DNA of 64,000 nt from the human T2T-CHM13v2.0 reference genome, Homo sapiens: assembly GCF_009914755.1 (NCBI RefSeq), contig NC_060935.1, one strand, 5' to 3'. Positions 15,338 through 31,108 of this stretch are shown piece by piece. The position numbers were made by a program, and so were the translations under genes. How positions within the stretch are numbered: the stretch's first letter is position 1; each line of letters opens with the position of its first letter. The notes under the pieces were generated by a model. The model was not told where the DNA came from. It was given only the letters and a program-made list of their open reading frames with translations, and ran no database searches.

Positions 15338-15808
15338 TTTTTTTTTAATTTTAAGTTCAGGGGTACATGTGCGGGTTTGTAATGTAGGTAAACTCGTGTC
15401 ACAAGGATTTGTTAAATAGATTATTTGGTCACCAGGTGTTAAGCCTAGTACCCATTAGTTATTTTTCCTGATCCTCTCACTCCCTCCACCCTCCACACCC
15501 TCAGATAGGCCCCATTGTCTTTGGTTCTCCTCTCTGTGTGCATGTGTTCTCATCATTTAGCTCCCACCTTTAAGTGAGAACATGCGGTATTTGGTTGTCT
15601 GTTCCCGAGTTAGTTTCCTAAGGATAATGGTATCCAGCTCCATTCATGTTCCTGCAAAGGACATGATCTCATTTTTATGGCTGTGTAGTGTTCCATAGTG
15701 TATATGTACCACATAGTCTTTATCCAATCTACAATTGATGGGCATTTAGGTTGATTCCATGTCTTTGCTATTGTGAATACTGCTGCAGTGAACACACATG
15801 TGCACGTT
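15338..15808 (-). mobile_element. 5'-truncated L1PA (L1PA11-13-like) 3' end
   Basis: ttttaagttcaggggtacatgtgc...taagtgagaacatgcggtatttgg...gttgattccatgtctttgctattgtgaat. Confidence 0.9.
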
Positions 15809-16952
15809 TACATTCTCATTTTACAGTGAAAAGTCTTATAGGTTCTGTGGCATATAAAAAGATTTTTTTTAAAGTATAGTCCTTAGATAATGAGATTATA
15901 GATAAATATCAAGTAACGGTACAAATTTTAGGGCTGTGGAATTAAACAGAAATCCTTTCACATTCTGACCCCATATCCTCCTACATATGTATTTTTAATT
16001 TTATTATTTAAAAATTTTTTAATTTGTGTGGGTACACAGTAGGTATATAGATCTATGGGTTACCTGAGATATTTAGACACAGGCATGCAATGCATAATAA
16101 TCACAACAGGATAAATGGGTTATCTATCACCTCAATCATTTATCATTTGTGTTACAATCTATATATGTTTACTTATTTTAAAATGTACAATTAGATTATA
16201 TTTGGCTATAGTCACCCATTGTGCTAGCAAATACTAGGTCTTATTTATTCTTTCTAACTATTCCTTGGTACCCATTAATTATCCCTATTTACCACTATCC
16301 CCCAGTACTCTTCCCAGCCTGAAAACCACCCTTCAACTCTCTGTCTCCATGATACTCAACTATATTAAATTTTAGCTCCCACAAATAAATGAGAATATAT
16401 GAAGCATGTCTTTGTGTGCCTGGCTTATTTCATTTAACATAATGACTTCCAGTTACATCCACGTTGTTGCAAATGACAGGATCTCATTCTTTTTTATGGT
16501 TGAATAGTACTTCATTGGGTGTATGTAGCACATTTTTATTATCTAGTTATCTGTTGATGGACACTTAGGTTGCTTCCAGATCTTGGCTATAACGAATAGT
16601 GCTGCATAAATATGGAAGCGTAGATGTCTCTTAGATATACCAATTTCCTTTCTTTTGGGTATATACCTAGGAGTGGAATTGCTGGATCTTATAGAAGCTC
16701 TATTTTCACTTTTTTTGAGGAACCTCCAAACTGTTCTCCATGGTGGTTGTACTAATTTACATTCCCACCAACAGTGTACAAGAGTTCCCTTTTCTCCACA
16801 TCCTCCCCAGCATTTACTGCCTTTTGGATAAACGACATTCTAATTGGGGTGAGATAGTATTTCATTGTAGTTTAGATTTGCATTTATCTGATGATCATTG
16901 ATGTTGAGCACCTTTCCATAGGCCTGTTTGTCATTTCTGTGTCATCTCTTGA

Positions 16953-17270
<318 letters not shown>

Positions 17271-17882
17271 TCTTTTGCCCATTTTAAAATCTGATTATTA
17301 GATTGTTTTCTCTTGAGTTGCTTGAGCCCCTTGTATATTCTGGTTATTAATACCTCATCAGATGGGTAGTTTGTGAATATTTTCTCCCATTCTGTGGGTT
17401 GTCTTCACTTTGTTGATTGTTTCCTCTGCTGTGAAGAAGCTTTTTAACTTGTTCGGATCCCATTTATTCACTTGTTGCTTCAGTTGCATTTGCTTGTGGG
17501 GTACTATACAAGAAATCTTTGCCAAGTGTCCTGGAGAGTTAATCCTATATTTTCTTTTCAATACTTTCATAGTTTGTGGTTTTAGATTTAAGTCTTTAAT
17601 CCATTTTGATTAGATTTTTGTATATAACAAGACATAGGGGTCTAGATTCATTGTTTTCCATATAATATCCAATTTTTACAATTATTGAGGAGACTGCCCC
17701 TTCCCCAGTACATGTTCTTGGAGACACTGGCAAAATTGAGTTCACTGTAAATTTATGGATTTATCTCTGGGTTCTCTATTCTGTTCTACTGATTTATGTC
17801 TTTGTTTTCATGCCAATACCATGCCATTTTGGTTACTATACCTCTGTACTATAATTTAAAGGCAGGTTAAACTCCTCCAGTT

Positions 17883-17918
<36 letters not shown>

Positions 17919-19351
17919 TAGGATTGCTTTGGCTATTCTGAGTCTTTTATAGTTATATATATATTTTAGTTTTTCTTCTATTGATATAAAGAATAGCAAT
18001 GGTATTTAATAGAGATTGAATTAAATCTGTAGATTGCTTTGGGAAGTATGTACAGTTTAACAATATTGATTATTGCAATACATGAATGTGAAATAGCTAT
18101 CCATTTAATTGTGTTCAATTCCTTGTATCAGTGTTTTATAGTTCTCATTATAGAGATCTTTTCTTTGTTTAATAATTACATATTTCATTTTGTTTGTATT
18201 TATTTTATTTGCAAGTATTTTATTACATTTGTATTTATTTCATTTTATTTGCTATTATAAATGGGATTACTTTCTTGATTTATTTTTCAGATTGTTCCCT
18301 GTTAGCATATAGAAACACTACTAATATTTGTATGTTGATATTGTATTCTGCACTTTACTGCTTTTGTTTATTAGTTCTAATAGTTTCTTGGTGAGTCTTT
18401 AGGTTTTTCCAAATATAAGATTATGTCATCTGTAAACAAGGATAATTTGACTTCTGTCTTTCCAATTTGCATGCCCTTTAATTTTTTTAAATTGTGTGAT
18501 TGCTTTAGCTAGAATTTCCTGTACTATGTTGAATAATAGTGATAAAAGTGGGCATCCTTGCCCTGTTACCAATCTTAGAGGCTTTCAGTTCTTCCTCTTA
18601 AGTATACTAGCTATGGATCTGTTGTATATGGCTTTTATTATATTGAGGTATGTTCCTTCTATACCCAGTTTTTGATGGTTTTAATCATGAAGGGATGTTG
18701 AATTTTATCATATTTTTTACACAACAATTGAAATGATCGTATGGTTTTTGTACTTAATTCTGTTGATATGATGTATCACATTGATTTGTGTATGTCGATC
18801 CATCCTTGCATCTCTGGGATAAATCCCACTTGGTCCAGATGAATGAAATTTTTGATGTATTGTTGAATTTTATTTGCTAGTATTTTTTGAGGATTTTTGC
18901 ATCAATATTCATCAGAGATATTGATCTATACTTTTCATTTTTGATGTGTATTTGTCTGGTTTTAGTATCAGGGTAATACTGGTCTAGTAGAATGACTGTG
19001 AAAGTATTCCCTCATCTTCTGTTTCTTGGAATAGTTTGAGTAGGATTGGTATTAGTTCTTTATAAATGTTCAGAATAATTTAACAGTGAAGCCATAGGGT
19101 CCCAGGGTTTCTTTACTGGGAGTCATTGTATTACAGCTTTGATGTCATTACTTTTTATTGGTCTGTTTAGGTTTTCAACTTTTTTATGGTTTAATATTAG
19201 TAAGTTGTATAAATCTAGGAATTTATGTGCTTCTTTTACATTTTCCAATTTATTGGCATATAGTTGCTCATAGTAGCCACTAATCTTTTGAATTTCTGCA
19301 ATATCAGTTGTAATGTCTCCTTTATCATCTCTGATTTTATTTATTTTGGTC

Positions 19352-19405
19352 TTCTCTCTCTCTCTGTCTCTGTCTCTCTCTCCTCTCCCTCTCTCTTCTC
19401 TTTCC
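19352..19405. repeat. CT-rich low-complexity tract at Alu tail
   Basis: (CT)n/(CTCC) pyrimidine run. Confidence 0.85.
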
Positions 19406-19717
19406 TTTTTTTCTTTTTTTTTTTTTTTTTTTTTTTTGAGACAGAGTCTTGCTCTGTCACCCAGGCTGGAGTGCAGTGTCATGATCTCAGCTACTGTAAC
19501 CTTGGCCTTCTCTGTTCAAGTGATTCTTGTGATTTCACCTCCTGAGTAGCGGGATTACAGGCATGCACGACCATGCCCAGCTAATTTTTTGTAATTTTAG
19601 TAGACACAAGGTTTCACCATGTTGCCCAGGCTGGTCTTGAACTCTTGCCTCAAGCTATCTGCCTGCCTCGACCTCCCAAAGTGTTGAGATTACAGGCAGG
19701 AGCCACCATGCATGACC
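19406..19717 (-). mobile_element. Alu (Sz/Jb-like)
   Basis: Poly-T then gagacagagtcttgctctgtcacccagg ... gagccaccatgcatgacc. Confidence 0.92.
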
Positions 19718-22700
19718 TTTTTTCTTAGTCTTCCTAAAGGTTTGTCAATTTTGTTTATTATTATTTTTTTTAAAAACATAGCTTTTTGTTTCATTGATTT
19801 TTGTATCTCTTTTCTTCAAATTAATTTTTTTGTGCTCTGATCTTGATTATTGCTTTTTTCCTACTAATTTTGGATATTGCTTTGCTCTTGCCTTTCTAGT
19901 TATTTAAAATGCATTTGTTAGGTTGTTTATTTGAAATTTTTCCTCTTTTTTGATGTAGGCACTTATAAACTTCCTTCTTAGTACTTCTTTCATTGTTTCT
20001 CATAGGTTTTCTATGTTATGTTTCCATTATCATTTGTTTCGATGAATTTGTCGATTTTCTTCTTAATATCTTAATTGACCCACAGGTCGTTCAGGAATAT
20101 ATTGTTTATTTTCCATGTGTTTGTATAATTTTCAACATTTCCCTTGTTCTTAATTTGTAGTTTTATTCCTTTGTGGTCAGAGCAGATGCTTGATATTATT
20201 TCACTTTTTTGAATGTTTTAAGACTTGTTTTGTAACCTACCATACAATTAATCCTTGAGACATATCCATGTGCTGAGGAAAATAATGTGTATTTTGCAGC
20301 CATTAGATGAAATTTTCTGTAAATATCCTTTAGGTCCATTTGGTCTATAGTGTAGGTTAAATCTGATATTTCTTTGTTGATTTTCTGTCTGAAGATCAGT
20401 CCAATGCTGAAAGTGGGGTGTTGTCCCGAGATACTATTGTTTTGGTATCTCTTTCTCTCTTTAGCTCTAATACTATGTGCTTTATATATCTGTGTACTCC
20501 ACTATTGGGTGCATATACATTTAAAATTGTTATATCCTCTTGCTAAATTGACCCTTTTATGGCTATGTAGTGTCCTACTTTTTCTCTTTTCCTAGTTTTT
20601 GTCTTCACATCTATTTTGTCTGATATAACTATTCCTGCTCTTTTTTGGCTTCCATTGGCAAGGAATATCTTTTTCCATGACTTTATTTTCAATCTATGTG
20701 TGTCTTTTTAGGTGAAGTGTGTTTCTGAAAGGGGACAGATCATTATTTCTCATTTTTTTTTCCATTCAGCCACTCTATGTCTTTTGATTGGAGAGTTTAG
20801 TCCATTTACATTTAATGTTATTATGAATATGTAATGACTTACTCTGACCATTTTGTTATTTGTTTTCTGGTTATTTTATGGTCTTCTCTTCTTTGTTTCC
20901 TTCCTTCCTGTCTTTCTTTTATGAAGACAATTTTCTCTAGTGGTATTCTTTAATTTCTTTTTTAAAATTTTTTTTGTATAGCCATTGTATGTTTTTGATT
21001 TGAGCTTATCATGTGGCTTGGGAATACTATCTTATAATCCATTAGTTTAAGCTAATAACAACTTAACATTGTTTGCATAAACAAACAAGCAAATAGAAAA
21101 CTAATCAAAACTCTTCATCCCCTCACTTTAAAAATTTTTGTTGTTTCTATTTCTATCTTATTCTACTTTCTCTGTCTTGAAATGTGGCTGTACTTATATT
21201 TATTGGTTTATTATTTAATTTTTCTGCTTAAGAGTAGTTTGCAAACAACCTTTACAATATTATAATATCCTGTGTTTTTCCCTGTACTTCCTATTGCCAG
21301 TTTGATTTGCACCTTCAGGTGACTTCTCATGGTTTATTCACATACTTTCCTTACTGAATGAAGCATTCTCTTTGGTATTTTCTGTCAGACAGGTCTGGTG
21401 TTGACAAAATCCTTAGCTTTTGTTTGTCTGGAAAAGCCTTTATTAATAAAGTCTTCATGTCTAAAGGATAATATCAGCAGATAAACTAGTCTAGGGTAAA
21501 GTTTTTGTCTTCACCACTTTAAATATGTCATGTCACTCTCTCTTGTCCCATAAGGTTTTCACTGAAACATCTGCTGCCATACATATTGGAGCTCCATTGT
21601 ATGTTATTTGTTTCTTTTATCTTAATGCTTTTAGGATTTTTTTAAATCTTGGGTCTTTGAAAGTTTGATTATTTAATGCCTTGAGGTAGTATTCTTTGGG
21701 TTAAATCTGACTGGTGTCCTACAATCTTTCCATACTTGGATATTGATATATTTCTTTAGGTTTGAGAAGTTCTTTTGTATGCCTTTGAATAAGCTTGCTA
21801 CTCCTATCTCTTTCTCTACCTTCTCTTTAATCTCACTAACTCTTAGATTTGCCATTTTGAGGCTATTTTCTAGATCCTATAGGCATGCTTAATTGTTTTT
21901 TATTCTTTGTTCTACTCTGACTGTATACTTTCAAATAGCATGTCTCCAAACTCACTAATTCTTTTTTCTGCCTGATGAATTCTGCTAGTAAAAGACTGAT
22001 GCATTCATCTGTATGTTAGTTGCATTTCTCAACTCCAGAATTTCTGCTGGATTCTTTTTGATTATTTCAATCTCTTTGTTAAATTTATCTGATAAAATTT
22101 TGAATTCTTTCTCTGTGTTATCCTGAATTTGAGTTTCCTCAAAACAGCTATTTTGAATTCTCTGTCTAAAAGGTCACATATTTCTGTTTCTCCAGGATTT
22201 GTTCCTGGTTCCCTTATTTAGTTCATTTGTTGAGGTCGTGTTTTCCTCTATGATCTTGATGCTTATGGATTTTCATCTGTGTCTAGCCATTGAAGAGTTA
22301 GATACTTATTGTAGTCTTCAGAGTCTGGGCTTGTTTGTTCTCATCATTCTTGGGAAGGCTTTCCAAGTATTATAAATGACTTGTGTTTTGTATTCTAAGC
22401 TGTATCTGCATTAGTTGTCATACCAAGCCCTGTAATGCTGTGGTTCTAGCAGACTTCTAGAGGTAACATCTTGATAGCCTTAAATAAGTTTCAGAAGAAT
22501 TCTCTGGGTTACCAGGCAGAAACTCGTGTTTTCTTCCCTTACTTTCTCCCAAACAAATAGATTCTCTCTCTTGTTCAGAGCTGGGAGTGAAGTGACACAA
22601 GCACCCTGGTGGCCACTCTCACTGGGTCACTGTGCGGAGTTAGACTTGAAGCCAGAACAGCACTGGATTTCACCCAAGGCCTACTGTAATCGGTATCTGG

Positions 22701-24962
22701 TTACTGCCTCTGTTTGCTCAAGACCCTAGTGATCTACAATCAGCAGGTAACGAAGCCAGTGAGGCTTATGTCCGTCCCTTAGGGATAGCAAATTTCCCCA
22801 GGCCTTGTGCAGGTCCAGAGATTCTGTCCAGGAGGCAGGGGCTGGAATCAAAAACCTTAGATGCTTACCGGCTATTCTATTTTACTCTGGCTAAGCTGAC
22901 ACTCGAAGCACACGACACAGTCCTTCCCACTCTTCCCTCACCTTTCCACAGGCAGAGGAGCTTTATCCATGGCCACTGCCACCCCTGGCCCATGGGGAGT
23001 ACTGCCAGGCTACTGCTGATATTAATTTAAGTCCCAAGTACTCTTCAGTCAGCTGTGGTGAATGCTGCCTGGCATGAAACTCACCCTTCAGGGGTGTGGG
23101 CTCCCCTCTGGTACAGGGCAAGTCCAGGAATACCATCGAAGAACCAAGAGCCAAGACCTGGAATCAGGAACCCCAAGAGCTGGCTTAGTGTGCCACACCT
23201 CTGTAGATGAGCTAGTTCCTAAGGTGCAAGACAAAATACGCTTTACTCTTCACTCCACTTTTCTTAAGTAGAAGGAATTTTTCCTATAGTTACAACAGTG
23301 AATATGCTGAGTCTTACTTCTTGAAGCCAGCTAGTCTCAGAGTCTCACCCAATGCCCACAACATACTACCTGGATATAGCTGCCTGTTATTCAGGGACCA
23401 AGGGCTCTTTAGTCGCAGGTGATGTGTCCTTCCCTTCAAGGTAGTGGCTTCTCCTCTGGCCCAGGGTGTATCTAGAAATGTCATATTGGAGCTAGGGCCT
23501 GGAAAATAAGCCTCATGATTCTGACTGGTGGTCTATCCTTTTGTGGCTGAGCTGGTATCCGAGATGAGTGACAACATCTAATTTTCTCTTCATTATTCAA
23601 CAGAAAGGAAAGGGTCTCTTTTGGAGCCACGAGTTGTGCAGCATGAGGTTGTGAGAATGGTGGTGCACAAGCAATTCCTTAGCCACCTTGGCTGGTGTCT
23701 CAGTCCACTGGCTCTGAGTACATCTCTGCACTTGGACTCACCTAGGACTTGTAGTCCTGTAGCCTTGACTATCTTTCAAGTTTATTTGGGGCCCCAGAGT
23801 ACTTTCACTCATGGTGGCAAGGGTTGCCAGAAATCAAGTTCAGACCCTTGGGATGAGCGATTCCCCTCTAGTTAGGGCTAGTTTAAATACTGCCTTTTTG
23901 GGAGGGCATCAGCTGAGGTCAGCCTGGTTTTGCTTTCTGCTGTGACAGGGCAGCCCTCAATTTAATGCAGCGTCTTGAAATCCCTGTCCTCTCCATCTGC
24001 CAAGCAAAGAGTTCCTCTCTGTACCATGTGGCTGTTTCAGGGGATAGGGGAGTAGTGGTGGCATTGACGATTCAAGACTGTCTTCTACCCTCCTCAGTGC
24101 ATCTTTCATCAATATGAAGTTAAAACCAGGTAGTGTTAGTGCTCACCTGATTTTTGGTTCTTATGAAGGTGCTCTTTTTGTGTAGATTTTTGTTAAATTG
24201 GTGTCCTTGCAGTGGGGATGATCAGTGCTGGGTCTTCTATTTGGCCATCAGGGTCCACTCACTACATACATAATTTTGACCATATTATTTAACCTCTGAC
24301 CAACAGGCTTCTTATTTGAAAAAGAACATAATAATAACTGTTTCAAGTAAGTTGAAATTAGTGTAACATATACTAAACACCTATTAAAACCAGGTGACCA
24401 ATAACAATTAGCTCCTTGTACTTCCCTCACTTTCAGGGAATATATAGTCCAATAAGGAAAACATAACTTGTATTCAAGTAATTTATGTACAAAAGACTAT
24501 GTGCATAATGCTGCAAGAAAAGTTTTATTTAATACTTTGAAATTAAGCTTGTCCTAAAAATTATCTGGTTTATACAACTATAGAGCACTCCTTTATTCTG
24601 TTTAGATGGTTGTTAGTTAGGCTATGAGTTTTTATATACTATACATTGTTTATTTCATGTACATTACCTTACATGAAATAAATTATTTCCAAGTTTCTGT
24701 GATACAGAATTTAGGTTCTAGTCCAAAGTCTGCAATTCTCCAACCACTGAACTATAAACTCTATATTTTCTTTCTCTGCCTTGTCACATAAGGAAACTTT
24801 AATTGATGATTTCTCCCAAATTTTATTCACAGAGATTTTGGGGAAATAAGTAAATTAATATAAAACATTTAGAAAATTCAGTAGGTTGCTTGAACTATTC
24901 ATACATCATAGTTGGTGTTAATAAAGTAATTCTTATTTATATTACAGTACCATAAATACCTG

Positions 24963-25265
24963 TTTTTTTCTTTTTGTGTGGGTGACGGAGGTCTCACTCT
25001 GTCACCCAGGCTGGAATGCAGTGGCTTGACCATGGCTCAGTGAAGCCTTGACCTCCCAGATCACTCAGGTGATCTTCCCACCTCAGCCTTATAGGTGGTA
25101 GCTGAGACTACAGGCGCTCATCACCACACTGGCCTTTAGTATTTTTGGTAGAGATGGGTTTTCCCATGTTTCCCAGGCTGTTCTCGAACTGCTAGGCTCA
25201 AATGATCTGCCCACTTCGGCCTCCTAAGGTGCTGGGAATACAGATATGAGCCACCACGCCTGGCC
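24963..25265 (-). mobile_element. AluJ
   Basis: J-type gccttgacctcc..ctcaggtgatc. TSD cataaatacct / catgaatatct. Confidence 0.9.
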
Positions 25266-26034
25266 ATGAATATCTTTCATTGTTAGGTTGCCAGTAAGTT
25301 AACCGTAACTAAAATTTAATCTTGAAGTTTGCTTATTAAATTCTTCAAGAAAAATATGATATCCTACAGCCAAATACTTTAACCCATATAATTTTAGGAC
25401 CAAAAATAGTCAAATAAATTTTTTAAATTTAATTGAAAAAATATTTCCCCACTGAAAAGTGAACCTAATCTTTCAAAAGAGGCATGCAGCTTAGTATTTA
25501 AGGGGAAGTATACTGATGTATGCAAGTTGCTTTGGACTTATGAAAAATGAGATAGATTGATAGGAAGACAGGGTATTAAATAGACGAATGCATATCAGAA
25601 AACCAATGATAATAAAATCTTAAGGGTAGACCCTCTATAGTACTTTCAGTGCTTATTTCTTTCAACATTTGGCAGCCTCCAAGAATCTATATCCCTCCCA
25701 CCACACCTCACCCACCCCACCAACTCCACATCCCTGCTTTTTCTATGGCTTTAGTTTTCTAGGTTCTGTCTCTTTTCAGAGTTATGGTAGCTTAATTTGC
25801 CTGGTGATATTGATTTTCTGCTGCCAGCTGTGCTGTATTAAGCTCTATACCTATCTCCAAACTGGCTCCAACATGAACACCCATGGTAATTGTGTCAGCA
25901 GTGTTAAATCCATGTACCCTATGAAGAACATATAAGGGAAAGAAAAACAATCAAAACAAGATAAAACCAAAAACAAAGTCGTATAAATATTTATCATTCT
26001 GTAAGGAGTTTATTTACAAATAAAGTAAGAGTAT

Positions 26035-26061
26035 ACACACACACACACACACACACACACA
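26035..26061. repeat. (CA)n microsatellite
   Basis: Directly visible. Confidence 0.95.
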
Positions 26062-26865
26062 TAACAGTAATGACATATTACAAAAAATATTTTAATAACT
26101 ATTTACCAGATGCTGTCTTTCAGAAATTTTAATATTTTATACCCTTCAACATCCCTGTCTTGTAATGGGCTCACATTTCTTCTAATTTTAGAGAAGATGA
26201 ATCAGTCAGTGGTAGATTGCTTTAATTATTGTTATTTGTTTCTCCTATTATTGCAATTGTTAGTTTGACTAAACATTTATTAAGAGTCTGCCATATAGTA
26301 GGCCACCTACTCCAAATAATCAGAGGTTTTGATGTATGTTAGTGACAGATTTTTATTTTCTTCTCTGTTTGATGTTATTTCCCTTTTTTTCTATTTAAAC
26401 AAGACCCTGTATTTGGCACACATAATCTTCTAGTTATCTAAAACTATAATCAATTGTGTGTGATAAAAAGGAGCTCTGGACTAGAAACCAGAAGACAGAA
26501 TTTCTAGGAAATAATTAACCATATACTTTCACAGTGTGTGTGTGTGTCTCTCTCTGTGTGTGTACACACTATAGAAATATTTTAACTTCTGTTCTCATTT
26601 ATTTTTCCATTGGTAAATTGAGACGCTTAACCTGGATGATTTCTAATGTAATTGCATTTCTATAATCTTACACATCTGTTTATTTCAATAGATTAAAACC
26701 TTCTACTGTGTGAAGCAAGTGTTAAGTATGTAGAGAAAAAAAATCCAAATCAAATTTCATTTCAACAACAATTTGTTTGCCTGTTGCTTAATTTTAATAA
26801 ATAGTCTGTTATTTGTTATTTTCTGACTGTAATCTAGTTAGCAATATAGCTACACTAAAGTCTTC

Positions 26866-27160
26866 GGCTGGGTATGGTGGCTCATGGCTGTAATCCCAGC
26901 ACTTTGGGGTGCTCAGGTGTGTGGATGACTTGAGGCCAAGGGTTTAAGAGCAACCTGCCAAAAATGGTGAAACCCCATCTCTACTAAAAATACAAAAATT
27001 ATCTGGGTGTGGTGGCACATGCCTGTAATCCCAGCTAGTTGGCAGGCTGAGACAAGAGAATTGCTTGAACCTGGGAGGTGGAGGTTGCAGTGAGCCAAGA
27101 TTGCACCCCTGCTCTCTGGCATGGACAACAGAGAAAGACAGTATCTCAACAACAAACAAA
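26866..27160 (+). mobile_element. AluS (Sz-like)
   Basis: ggctgggtatggtggctca ... gaggttgcagtgagcc, A-rich tail. Confidence 0.92.
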
Positions 27161-27231
27161 AAGTTTTTGGAGAATCATTATGTTCTAAGACTGATACTTC
27201 TATAAATTATTAAATTTTATTTTGACACTAT

Positions 27232-27664
27232 TGATAGATGCAGGAAGCAGACTAATGCCTAGGCAGATAAAGAAGGGTCCCTGGGGAATCTCTGACCTGC
27301 CCCGCAAGTGTTTCCACCACATGTTTTTTTGCAGATAAGGGAATCTGCACAAGGTCTTCAATGGGCATGCCCACAGCAGACTGGAGGCCCACATGCACTG
27401 GGGGAATGGGGTGGGGCCACCAGGAATTCACACCTTATGCAGAGGGAGGAGCCTGACCTCTTCAGCTCATGTGTGGTGGCCTAGTATCCAATCAGTGAGG
27501 TGAGAGCTTGTTGGCAGGACCCCCCTTCTATTTTTGCTGAGAGCTTTCTTTTTGCCTAATAAATCCTCCCTCCTCACCCTTCAATGTGTCCACATGCCTA
27601 AATTTTCCTGGTCATGAGACCACCCGAATTTTAGGTGAACTAAGGAACAAAAAATCCTGCATCA
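27232..27664 (+). mobile_element. ERV1 solo LTR, MER61-like
   Basis: TG...CA termini (tgatagatgcagg / aaaaatcctgcatca), 4-bp TSD ctat/gtat, aataaa, gggcatgccc, gggaggagcctg motifs. Confidence 0.75.
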
Positions 27665-28416
27665 GTATTATGGAGTAAGATATATGCCACAAGTACATGT
27701 AAATAATTCCTCATTCTAGAGGCTAATTGAAATAATAAAAGTCTCTGCCCTGCCCTTTCCCATATTGCAAAGAAGAGTAGAGCACTGCATGATAAGGTAA
27801 AAGTACTGCTTACCTTCAAAGCCTAGTGAAGAAGAATTTGGTGAATAAGAAAGAATAGGGGCAACAGAAATCTGTCTCTTTGTCTAGACAACAACTGCAC
27901 AGACAGATTTTGTCTGATGTATCTATTTTGGAACTGTGGAATCTACTGAGGCCTTAAAACTTTCAGGGGAAGGCTTGGAAGGCCAATTGCAGTTAATTTC
28001 CATCAATTATAATCTTAGCACAGCAGAAGCCACTGATGTTCCATGTCCAGCCCTGTAGCAGGAACCTGTGAATTTGTTCCGAGAGCAACCTGAACACAGT
28101 TTGTGGAAGACAGACTGGGCAGAAAGAACCTTGCCCTTCAAATATTAGTGATCTGTGCTGTGATCACTGATTGCTGTTTCTGATCACAGAGGTCCAGACA
28201 AAAAGGTGGGCACCTTCCTGTATTTTTGCAAGTGACTTTGAGGGAATTTAAAGGTCTAGCACTCTTTATTCTCCCTCATCAGTTTTTTTTGTTTTCTTTT
28301 TGGGCAGCAAGAATGTAAGGAACAGGGCATTCAAAAGGAATGGTATATATGGGGAAAATTAGAGTATGTCTGTGTATACCCAGGGAAAGACACAGGTTCA
28401 AAAAACAAACGTACAA

Positions 28417-28452
<36 letters not shown>
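28417..28452. repeat. (CA)n microsatellite
   Basis: Directly visible. Confidence 0.9.
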
Positions 28453-28453
<1 letters not shown>

Positions 28454-28599
28454 AAGAAAAAAAGAAAAAACCTAGAAGACATGAAGTTTACAACTCAGGC
28501 ACAGAGACAGCCTACAACAATTAACAAGAAAACAAACAAACAAAAAATCCTGGAGCTGAAAAGTACGGCAACTGAAATAAAAAAAAAAAAATGCATTGC

Positions 28600-28906
<307 letters not shown>

Positions 28907-30197
28907 AAAAATGCATTGCAGGAATTTAAAGGCAGATATGAACCGTCAGAAACAAGAATCAACAAAATTGAAAATAGCACAATAAAAATTAGTGTATGAA
29001 GAGCAGAAGGAAAAATGATTGAAGAAAAACAGAGTCAAAAAAACCTGTGGGACACCATCAAGGGGACAAACATACTCACTGTGGGAGTCCTAGAAGAACA
29101 GAAAAAGGAGGAAAGAGAAAATGTGAAGCAATAATGGTGAAAGTCTTTCCAAATTTGATGAAAAACATGCATATATACTTCCAAGAAGCTGAAGAAACTC
29201 CAAATAAGATGAAGGTAAAAAGAGATCCACACAAAGATACATTATAATCAAACTTTGAAAAGCCAGAGATAGTTTTGAAAGCAGCAAGAAGAAAGCAACT
29301 TATTACATACAAGTGTTCCTACTAAGATTATCAGTAAATTGCCCACCAGAAACTTGGCAGATAAGAAGGTAGTGTGCAGATACAGTTCAAATCCCAAAGA
29401 AAACTGTCAAACAAGAATTTTATGTATGGCCAAACTGTCCATGAAAAGTGAGGAAGAAACTAAGATATTTGCAGATAAACAAAATTCTGAGGGAATTTGT
29501 TACCATTACAATTGCCCGGCAATAAATGGCCAATGGATTCCTGCAGGATGAAATGACACTAGACAACAACCTAAAGCCACATGACAAAGCAAACATCTCA
29601 ATAGGGTACGTATATGGGCAATTTTAAAAACTCATTTTATTCAAACAATAATTTTGAATTTATTCAAACTATTTGCTACATAATTTAAGAAATTAATACA
29701 TTAAAAAGCAACAATTATTAGTCTAAAAGCTAACATTATTTTAACTTTGATTTTGGACTTCCCATTTTATTTATACATAGTTCAAGAGACTAATGATTTC
29801 AAATAAATTTTAATTTTGGAGCATACAACGTATAAAGATGTAATTTTGATAACAACAACCAAAAAAGTGAGAACTATTAAAGGAAGAGAGATTTTGTATG
29901 TTATTGAAGTTAAGCTGGTATAAATTCAAATAAGGGTGTTACAACTTTAGAATGCTAATGTAATCCCCATAGTAACCACAAAGAAAAAAACTATAGAATA
30001 TATACCAAAGGTAAATGAGAAATTTAAATATTTCACTACAAAAAATCGACTAAACTCAACACAGTAATGCAGAAAATGAGGGGCAAAAAAAACCTTTAAG
30101 GTATATAGAAAATAAAGAGTAAAATGATGCAAGTAAGTCTCTTCCTGTCAGTAAATATTTAAATGTAAATGGATTAGCCTTGCCAATCAAAAGATAG

Positions 30198-31108
<911 letters not shown>

